Below, piece after piece: positions 36,278 to 42,972 of a DNA stretch of 42,972 nucleotides. The position numbers and the translations under genes were made by a program. The notes under the pieces were generated by a model. That model was not told where the DNA came from and searched no databases. It saw nothing but the letters and a program-made list of their open reading frames with translations. Every line of letters begins with the position of its first letter. The first letter of the stretch is position 1. Source of the DNA: Candidatus Woesearchaeota archaeon (GTDB lineage: Archaea; Nanobdellota; Nanobdellia; Pacearchaeales; GW2011-AR1); assembly GCA_964600865.1 (NCBI GenBank), contig CAZRJP010000002.1, forward strand, positions 1 through 42,972, given 5' to 3'.

Positions 36278-36748
36278 ATGGAAAAATTCTTAGACAACCT
36301 AATTGAGGCAGATAGAATAATTAAAAAAACAGATCATATGATATATGTGAGTTACTCTTTAGTTAAAGATAAAAAAATTCTTTTAAAAGTGCTTATAGAA
36401 ACTAAAAAAGCCATTGTTAAATGTATTAACTATATCTTACAATATGAGTATTTATACAAAAGAATCCGTTTATCAAAAGATCCAAAGGAGAATCTTAGAA
36501 CATTTAAAGTAAAATGTGCAAAGAGATATGATATTAATATAAATGAAATAAAATTAATATCTGAGTTATTTCAAATAATCGACTTACATAAGAATTCTCC
36601 AATGGAATTTAAGAAAAAAGAAGCCATTGTGATCCTTTCTGAAGAATCTAAACCAAAAAAAATAACTCTTGAAGACATAAAAGAATTTGTAGAATTATCA
36701 AAAAATATTCTTAAAAAGATAAAAAAAGCACGAGAAATATGGTTTTAA
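36278..36748 (+). CDS. Hypothetical helical protein, tandem paralog A
   Basis: It shares 'DH(M/L)(I/L)YVS' and later 'EF+K...L(E)...KE(F/Y)' segments with the next ORF. Confidence 0.45.
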   Translation: MEKFLDNLIEADRIIKKTDHMIYVSYSLVKDKKILLKVLIETKKAIVKCINYILQYEYLYKRIRLSKDPKENLRTFKVKCAKRYDININEIKLISELFQIIDLHKNSPMEFKKKEAIVILSEESKPKKITLEDIKEFVELSKNILKKIKKAREIWF

Positions 36749-36858
36749 GGTGTTTTTTTAAGTAAAAAAAGATTATTAATGCAAATTTGATTAGAAAAGT
36801 ATAAAAACCCTAATATCTTCTTAAATCGTGCATCAAAATAGGTGTTTTTTAGGTTTTT

Positions 36859-37299
36859 ATGGAAAAAATAATGCAAGAAAAAATAAGTGCAGACCACTTA
36901 CTTTACGTGAGTTTAAAATATACAAAGACATGTGATGTAATTAGAAATCTCCTTCTAAGATGGAAAAATATGATTAAAACTTCTATAAATAAAACATTAG
37001 AACATGCTAAAAAGAAAAAAAAGATATCTTCTGTCCCTACTAGTCCAGTAAAAAAAATAGAATCAATGAAAAAACTATTCAAAAAAGACAAAAACATAAT
37101 GAAAACTATCAAATTCTATGAAATGCTTAGAAAACTTGAAAATTTAAGAACAAATAGGATTGGAGAATTTAGAAAAAATGTTTGTTTAAAAATATATTAT
37201 CAAGGAAAAGAGATTAATGTTGATTTAGAACAATTAAAAGAATATGCTGACATGCTAGAAAAGTTTATAAGTAATACTAAACAATTTCTTCTATCGTAA
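36859..37299 (+). CDS. Hypothetical helical protein, tandem paralog B
   Basis: It has the same architecture as 36278-36748. Both are preceded by a ggtgttttttt-like element. Confidence 0.45.
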   Translation: MEKIMQEKISADHLLYVSLKYTKTCDVIRNLLLRWKNMIKTSINKTLEHAKKKKKISSVPTSPVKKIESMKKLFKKDKNIMKTIKFYEMLRKLENLRTNRIGEFRKNVCLKIYYQGKEINVDLEQLKEYADMLEKFISNTKQFLLS

Positions 37300-37358
37300 G
37301 AATCAAATTCTTACAAAATTAAGTAAAGAATATAAAGGCAAATAATTTTATTTATAAA

Positions 37359-38147
37359 ATGGCAAAAATAATTATAATATCATCTGGAAAAGGCGGCGTA
37401 GGAAAAACAACTACTGCTATTAATCTTGGAGCTGCAATGAATCATTTTGGTAAAGATGTTTTAATTGTTGATGGAAACCTAACAACACCAAATATTGGGG
37501 TTCATCTTGGTTCTCCAGAAGTTCCTATAAATCTAAATCATATATTAAATGGTGATGCAGAAGTTGCAGAAGGCATTTATGAACATGAATCTGGATTAAA
37601 AATAATCCCTTCATCATTATCTGTAAAAGAATTAGAAAAACTAAAACCAGAAAAATTAAAAGACCTTGAAAAAGATCTAAAAAAAGTTGCAGATTATATT
37701 ATTGTAGATAGTGCCGCAGGACTAAGTAAAGAAGCTACATCTGCCATAGAATTAGGAGATGAATTAATAATTGTATCTAATCCAGAGATGACTGCAATAA
37801 CAGATGCATTAAAAGCAGCAAAAATAGCAAATAATATGAAAAAAGATATTAAAGGCGTTATTATGACAAGGGTTAAAAAAGATCATGTTGAAATGTCTCC
37901 AGAGACAGTAAAAGAAATGTTAGAGATCCCTATCTTAGGAATGGTTCCCGAAGACATAAGAATTAAAGAAGCACTAAATGAAAAAGATGCAGTAATTCAC
38001 ACTCAACCAAAAAGTAAATCTGCTAGAGCATATAAAGAAATAGCTGCTCAAATTCTAGATGTAAATTATGATTCTTCTCAAGATAAAGAAGGATTTTTTG
38101 AAAGAATACTTAATGCATTTGGAATTAATTCAAAAAAGAACAAATAA
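37359..38147 (+). CDS. minD: MinD/ParA-family ATPase (archaeal MinD type)
   Basis: It has the deviant Walker A 'SGKGGVGKTT', 'IIVDSAAG' and 'LGMVPED'. Confidence 0.85.
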   Translation: MAKIIIISSGKGGVGKTTTAINLGAAMNHFGKDVLIVDGNLTTPNIGVHLGSPEVPINLNHILNGDAEVAEGIYEHESGLKIIPSSLSVKELEKLKPEKLKDLEKDLKKVADYIIVDSAAGLSKEATSAIELGDELIIVSNPEMTAITDALKAAKIANNMKKDIKGVIMTRVKKDHVEMSPETVKEMLEIPILGMVPEDIRIKEALNEKDAVIHTQPKSKSARAYKEIAAQILDVNYDSSQDKEGFFERILNAFGINSKKNK

Positions 38148-38152
38148 AAAAC

Positions 38153-38500
38153 TTAACTAATTTTCATTCCTGGTTCTGATTCTTTTCCGGGATTTAATAA
38201 TGAAACCTTACTATGATCATCATTACTCGCAGCTAAAAGCATTCCCTGGCTTGTTATACCCATTAATTTTCTAGGTTTTAAATTAACAATCATTACTATT
38301 TTCCTATCTTGCAAATCTTCCTTAGAATAATATTTTTTTAATCCAGCACAAAGAGTTCTTTCACCAAATTCTGGGCCTACATCTACTGTCATTTTATAAA
38401 GTTTATCAGCTCCATCTATATCTTCTACCTTTTTTATCTGAGCCACCCTTAAATCTAACTTACTCCAATCATCAAATGATACAATATTTTCTTCACTCAT
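38153..38500 (-). CDS. Stand-alone tRNA-binding domain (Trbp111 / MetRS C-terminal domain-like)
   Basis: It has 'FDDWSKLDLRVAQIKKVEDIDGADKLYKMTVDVG' and 'IVMIVNLKPRKLMGITSQGMLLAAS', an OB-fold tRNA-binding pattern. Its start overlaps the metG stop (ATGAGTGA). Confidence 0.85.
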   Translation of the reverse strand: MSEENIVSFDDWSKLDLRVAQIKKVEDIDGADKLYKMTVDVGPEFGERTLCAGLKKYYSKEDLQDRKIVMIVNLKPRKLMGITSQGMLLAASNDDHSKVSLLNPGKESEPGMKIS

Positions 38501-39950
38501 TTTTATCTTTTTTAACCTCTATCTTTTCAAAAAGAATGCTTTCTTTTTTAATCTTGTCCTTAGAAAATTGATTTATTATTTTTTCAGAAGATTCAGGTAT
38601 AAATGATTTCAAAAATTCTGCTATTTGCAAAATACTCTTTTTTAAATTAAATAAAACCTCCTTATCCTTACTCTTCCATGGTCTTTTCTCTTGAACATAC
38701 TCATTGCAAATATCAATAAAAGCAAATATCTCATTTAATGCCTTATCTATTTCATAATTCTCCATTAATCCTTCAATTTTTTTACGATTTAATTTTTCAA
38801 TTAACTCATTCTTATCTCCTTTTTCAACACCATATTTTTCTATTAAACCACTTACACGAGAGATTAAATTTCCTAACTTATTAGCTAACTCATTATTATA
38901 TCTTTCAACTAAACCTTTTTCAGAAACATCTCCATCATGCCCAAAAGGAATATTTCTTGCCATATAATATCTAACAGCATCTGCACCATATTTTTCTATA
39001 AGTTCCTTAGGATCTAAAACATTCCCTATACTTTTACTCATCTTTTTTCCGCCAACAGTAAAAAACCCATGAATAGCAAGATTTTTTGGTAAAGGCAAAT
39101 CCATTCCCATTAATAATGCAGGCCATATTGTTGCATGAACTCTAAAAATATCCTTAGCCATTAATTGAACATCTGCAGGCCAAAATTCCTCAAACTTATT
39201 ATTAATTTTTAGTCCAGTAACATAATTCCAAAAAGCATCTGGCCATACCCAACTACAATGATCCTCATCAAAAGGAAGTGTAATCCCCCAATAAACCTTT
39301 TCTTTTAATCTAGAAATAGAAATATCCTCTAATCCAGATTCAATAAATTTGATTATCTCTTTTCTTCTCTTCTTAGGAACAATATTATACTCTCCACTTT
39401 TTATTAATTCTAAAAGTTTATCTTGAAACTTAGAAAGCTTAAACATATATGCCTCTTCTTTTTTTAACTCTGGTTTCTTATTGTGCAATGGACATTTTCC
39501 GTCCTCTAAATCTTTTTCAGTTAAATACTGTTCACAACCAACACAATAATAAGATTCATAACTTCCCTTATAAATTAATTTTTTATCATATAATTTTTTA
39601 AGCATATCTTGAACGATTTTTTCGTGTTTAGGATTAGTTGTCCTAATAAAAAAGTCATTAGAAATATTCAATAATTTAAAAACTTCTTTCCATTTTTTCA
39701 CTATCTCATCAACAAATTCCTTTGGTTTCTTTTCTTTTTCTTCAGCTATATCCTGAATTTTTTGACCGTGCTCATCTGTTCCTGTTAAGAAAAAAACATC
39801 TTTTCCCTTAAACCTATTCCATCTAGCCAAAATATCTGCAAGTAATGTTGTGTAAGCTCCTCCTAAATGAGGTGCGGCATTAGTGTAATAAATTGGTGTT
39901 GTGACATAAAATTTATCTTTATTTTCCTTACTGTTTGATTTCTCCTTCAT
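38493..39950 (-). CDS. metG: Methionyl-tRNA synthetase catalytic core (no C-terminal tRNA-binding domain)
   Basis: It has 'FYVTTPIYYTNAAPHLGGAYTTLLADILARW', the zinc knuckle 'CVGCEQY...CPLH' and 'KKMSKSIGN'. Confidence 0.9.
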   Translation of the reverse strand: MKEKSNSKENKDKFYVTTPIYYTNAAPHLGGAYTTLLADILARWNRFKGKDVFFLTGTDEHGQKIQDIAEEKEKKPKEFVDEIVKKWKEVFKLLNISNDFFIRTTNPKHEKIVQDMLKKLYDKKLIYKGSYESYYCVGCEQYLTEKDLEDGKCPLHNKKPELKKEEAYMFKLSKFQDKLLELIKSGEYNIVPKKRRKEIIKFIESGLEDISISRLKEKVYWGITLPFDEDHCSWVWPDAFWNYVTGLKINNKFEEFWPADVQLMAKDIFRVHATIWPALLMGMDLPLPKNLAIHGFFTVGGKKMSKSIGNVLDPKELIEKYGADAVRYYMARNIPFGHDGDVSEKGLVERYNNELANKLGNLISRVSGLIEKYGVEKGDKNELIEKLNRKKIEGLMENYEIDKALNEIFAFIDICNEYVQEKRPWKSKDKEVLFNLKKSILQIAEFLKSFIPESSEKIINQFSKDKIKKESILFEKIEVKKDKNE

Positions 39951-40025
39951 AAAAAAGAAAAAATAAACAGGTATAAAAATCTAACTAAAACATCAAAGAA
40001 TTAAAAGAAATTATCAATTAATAAC

Positions 40026-40412
40026 TTATTCATTTAAAGACTTCTTCATTTCCTTTTGAATCTTTTTTTGAACATATGCTTCTAATCCATCTCTCCCAAT
40101 TGTTTTTCTGTCATAAAGTCTTTCATCTTTTCTTATTTTACCCTTATAAATATTAGAAAGATTTCTTTCATCAATATGTACATAAGATGAAAAACTCATC
40201 ACGCAATAATTAAGATTCGCTGCATCTCCTGTTCTTTTCTCTAATTCATCTACAGGGGATAATTCATTGATTATTCTTGAGGAGATATTTCTTATTTCCC
40301 TATTGTCATTTATTATAGAAAAATGATATTGGATGTTTTCATAGCTAGGATTAGGAATAAAATTCCACCAAAGCTGTCTCTTTATTTTATGCTTTTTTTG
40401 CTCTGATCCCAT
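40026..40412 (-). CDS. Hypothetical protein
   Basis: This is a 128-aa ORF with no recognisable motifs. Confidence 0.4.
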   Translation of the reverse strand: MGSEQKKHKIKRQLWWNFIPNPSYENIQYHFSIINDNREIRNISSRIINELSPVDELEKRTGDAANLNYCVMSFSSYVHIDERNLSNIYKGKIRKDERLYDRKTIGRDGLEAYVQKKIQKEMKKSLNE

Positions 40413-40523
40413 AGATTATCCTAATCAAAATTCTTTTATAAAAATTATTGTAGACTATTGCAATCAATAAATATAAAAGACACAAGAAACTTTCAAAAAT
40501 ATAAAATATTATAAAAAGAGGTT

Positions 40524-41915
40524 ATGGCAAAGAAAAAACCAGAAGATTCAAAGAAAGTAAAAAAACTTAAACACCAAGCCAGGCGAAGAAGCATTAGAGA
40601 AGGTATATTTGCAGCATCAGAAAATTCATTTGGTTTTAGATTTTTATCCCCTTTTGCAATTGCAATTAATGCAAGTAATTCAATGGTTGCTATGCTAGGT
40701 TCTATCACAGGTCTTCTTGGACCTTTAAGCCAATTATTTGGTTCAAAATTAATAGATAAATACTCTAGAAAGAAAATCCTCCTTAAAGCAATCTTCTGGG
40801 CAGCACTAATATGGTTACCTATGATTCTACTGGCAATTTTATATCATTATAACCTAGTAAGAGGAGTTTTACCTCTGATGTTTATTTTCTTCTTTGGAAT
40901 AAGAGTTATCTTAACTAACATAGGGGCTCCTGCATGGTTTTCATGGATGGGAGATATTGTAGATGACGAATTCAGAGGGAGATGGTTCTCTAAAAGGCAA
41001 TTAATTGTAGGATTTATATCTATAATATTAGCAATTGCCGCGTCATTCTTTTTGGATTTTGTTAAAAACTATTCTTTAACAATGGCAGGATTTGGTATAT
41101 TATTTGCATTAGCAATGATCTCTAGGTTAACTTCTTGGAAATTACTAAAAGGCCAGTATGAACCAAAACTAGAATTAAAAAAAGGAGAAGAATTTCCTTT
41201 CTTAGACTTTCTACTAAAATCTCCAAAAAATAATTTAGGAAGATTCACTCTATTTAGGGCCAGTCTTGCATTTGCACAAGCAATAGGTTCTTCTTTATTT
41301 GCAGTTTATCTATTAAGAACAATTGGATTTGATTATAAATTTTATATGTTTATAACAATAGCCGGAACAGTATTCTCATTATCTCTAATTGAATTATGGG
41401 GGAAATTCGCAGATAGATATGGAAATTATACTACACTTATAATAACATCATTCTTTATCCCTTCTATACCTATATTATGGATACTTTCAAGATCACCAAT
41501 ATATCTTATTCTTGTTCCTTCTATTATTGGAGGGATAGCATGGGCAGGATTTAATCTTGCTTCAAGTAATTTTATTTACGATAACACCTCTCCTGAGAAA
41601 AGGGGAAGAGTAGTATCTTATTATAATATGTTCCTAGGAATAGGGACATTCCTTGGAGCAGGACTAGGAGCTATTTTAATCAAATATATTCCATCATTCT
41701 TATCCTTAGAGCCAATTGTAATCATCTTTATTATATGTGGTTTAGCAAGAATGGCAGCAATAATGATGGGATTATATAATATTAAAGAAGTGAAAAAAAC
41801 AAAAAAGTTTAAGAGAAAATCCCTAAAAAATATTATCTTAAAAGAAACACCACGCACTCTACACGAAGAAGCACATCAAATAATGTCTATTAAAAAATAC
41901 CTAATAAATTCATAA
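40524..41915 (+). CDS. MFS-type transporter
   Basis: It has about 12 hydrophobic segments and a central charged loop. The loop 'GSKLIDKYSRKK' after TM2 resembles MFS motif A. Confidence 0.7.
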   Translation: MAKKKPEDSKKVKKLKHQARRRSIREGIFAASENSFGFRFLSPFAIAINASNSMVAMLGSITGLLGPLSQLFGSKLIDKYSRKKILLKAIFWAALIWLPMILLAILYHYNLVRGVLPLMFIFFFGIRVILTNIGAPAWFSWMGDIVDDEFRGRWFSKRQLIVGFISIILAIAASFFLDFVKNYSLTMAGFGILFALAMISRLTSWKLLKGQYEPKLELKKGEEFPFLDFLLKSPKNNLGRFTLFRASLAFAQAIGSSLFAVYLLRTIGFDYKFYMFITIAGTVFSLSLIELWGKFADRYGNYTTLIITSFFIPSIPILWILSRSPIYLILVPSIIGGIAWAGFNLASSNFIYDNTSPEKRGRVVSYYNMFLGIGTFLGAGLGAILIKYIPSFLSLEPIVIIFIICGLARMAAIMMGLYNIKEVKKTKKFKRKSLKNIILKETPRTLHEEAHQIMSIKKYLINS

Positions 41916-41974
41916 TAAACTAATTAAACAAAAATTATCCAAAAACTTTTAAACAAGGTAATAGTTTTCTAAAT

Positions 41975-42631
41975 ATGTTCAAAAGAAAATGTAAGAAATG
42001 TAAAAAAATCATCAATAAAAAATTTGATTTCTGCCCTTATTGTGGAACACCTGTAAAAAACAACTCAAAAGGTAAATGGGGATTTTTAGGGAAAGACGAC
42101 ACTCTTAACCAAAACATGAACTCCTCAGAAGATTTCTTTGGTTCAAAAATGTTAAACAAATTTATAGGAAATGCAATGAAAATGATTGAAAAAGAAATAC
42201 AAAAAGACTTTGCTAAACAAAATAAAAATAAAAATAAGAAAAATCTTCAAATATATATCAATGGAAAAAGAATACCTATAGGTAAAAGAAAAGTAAACAA
42301 TATTAGGAAAAGGAAACCCAATAAAAAAAGAAAGAAGAAAATTTCGCTTCCTGAAAAAAAACTAAAAAACTTTTCCAAATTACCTAAAGAAACCCCTCAA
42401 ACAAATGTTAAAAGATTATCAGATAGTATTATTTATGAAATAAATATTCCTGGAGTTAAATCTAAAAAAAGAATTTCTATAAGACAATTAGAAAACAGCA
42501 TTGAAATAAAAGCTGTTACTAATGACAAAAAAAAGGCCTATCATAAAACAATAAATGTGGGGCTTCCTATTGTAAAATATAATTTAAAAAAGAAAAAACA
42601 AAAACTAATTCTTGAACTAGCCACGAAATAA
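41975..42631 (+). CDS. Zinc-ribbon protein with Hsp20/alpha-crystallin-like C-terminal domain
   Basis: It has an N-terminal 'CKKCKK...CPYCG', a basic linker, and a C-terminal 'DSIIYEINIPGVKSKKRISIRQLENSIEIKAV' that resembles the ACD beta-strands. Confidence 0.45.
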   Translation: MFKRKCKKCKKIINKKFDFCPYCGTPVKNNSKGKWGFLGKDDTLNQNMNSSEDFFGSKMLNKFIGNAMKMIEKEIQKDFAKQNKNKNKKNLQIYINGKRIPIGKRKVNNIRKRKPNKKRKKKISLPEKKLKNFSKLPKETPQTNVKRLSDSIIYEINIPGVKSKKRISIRQLENSIEIKAVTNDKKKAYHKTINVGLPIVKYNLKKKKQKLILELATK

Positions 42632-42758
42632 ACCCAAACATCAAACAAAATATGACATTTTCCTTAATTCATAAAACTTATAAATGAATTAGACATTTAA
42701 ATTGTGAGTGAGCCTTTAAGCTCTAACCTAATCTATTGATCAGATTAAGTTGGCTTAT

Positions 42759-42869
42759 GAGCCTGTAGCTCAGTCTGGTCAGAGCACTACATTCTGTTAT
42801 AGAATAAAATCTATACAGAAGGTGATTCTGATAAGGTAGGGGTCCACGGTTCAAATCCGTGCAGGCTCA
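42759..42869 (+). tRNA. tRNA-Ile (anticodon GAU) with a 36-nt intron at non-canonical position 30/31
   Basis: The acceptor is GAGCCTG/CAGGCTC with discriminator A. The D arm is GCTC-AGTCTGGTCA-GAGC and the T arm is CACGG-TTCAAAT-CCGTG. Removing 42791-42826 gives the anticodon arm CTACT-CTGATAA-GGTAG. A BHB fold places both splice sites correctly (see finding). Confidence 0.75.
42791..42826 (+). other. tRNA intron (BHB-bounded)
   Basis: The central 4-bp helix is C42785-A-C-T42788 paired with G42821-G-T-G42824. The 3-nt bulges are A42789-C-A42791 and A42825-T-T42827. The distal helix pairs 42792-42797 with 42815-42820 and continues from 42799-42802 to 42811-42814. Confidence 0.7.
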
Positions 42870-42972
42870 TTCATATTCTATTTATATTAAAGATAATTGA
42901 ATTAAAAATAAGAATCCTGTGCTAGACCAGGACATATGTCCTAGGCAAAACCAAAAATTAGTTCTGAGATGA

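Noticed and set aside
42708-42722. The sequence gagcctttaagctc, about 50 nt upstream of tRNA-Ile, resembles the tRNA 5' end (gagcctgtagctc). It was considered as an att-like partial tRNA duplication.
   Set aside because: Only about 12 of 14 nt match, and a gap is needed. There is no extended similarity and no integrase nearby, so it is compatible with chance.
42794-42800. Alternative readings of the interrupted tRNA: anticodon CTG (Gln) or GTT (Asn) taken from the first ATTCTG copy with a canonical 37/38 intron.
   Set aside because: These readings put a pyrimidine at position 37, or leave three nucleotides between the D and anticodon stems, and no complementary 3' stem strand exists. Only the 30/31 intron model gives a 5-bp stem, a CUGAUAA loop and a BHB motif.
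42925-42972. A palindrome aggacatatgtcct, and a CTGA...GATGA at the very end of the window, were considered as part of an sRNA.
   Set aside because: The element is cut by the window edge, so there is too little sequence to evaluate it.

Overview
This window is strongly AT-rich, densely coding and archaeal. It carries FEN1, family-B DNA polymerase, aRF1, RadB, NreA-like, TFS, RNA polymerase subunit L, NAC, Sec61-beta, CDC48, archaeal-type signal peptidase, type-2 methionine aminopeptidase, MBF1-like and archaeal MinD. The small proteins, many start/stop overlaps, split genes and a non-canonical tRNA intron suggest a reduced, DPANN-like genome; that attribution is inference only. Most of the window is housekeeping: an AmmeMemoRadiSam locus, replication and repair genes, ValRS, MetRS, Trm5, topoisomerase IA, ScpB, a processive GT2 glycosyltransferase, an MFS transporter and two tRNAs. 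I found no CRISPR array, rRNA, transposase or integrase, and no clear large multi-gene novel system. The observations most worth follow-up are listed here. (1) A wHTH-nucleotidyltransferase/HEPN two-gene cassette sits exactly at the 5' end of trm5, bounded by a perfect 32-bp direct repeat that duplicates the trm5 start. (2) A 135-aa mini-intein splits aRF1 immediately after the catalytic GGQ. (3) PolB has substitutions at the steric-gate Tyr and at motif-B dNTP-contact residues. (4) tRNA-Ile(GAU) has a 36-nt intron at position 30/31 with a hand-foldable bulge-helix-bulge motif. (5) MetRS is split from its tRNA-binding domain and has a degenerate HIGH motif (HLGG). (6) A 45-bp duplication of the 3' end of a HerA-like ATPase gene lies next to an ACP-like ORF. 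All calls come from reading the translations and DNA by eye; no searches were run.
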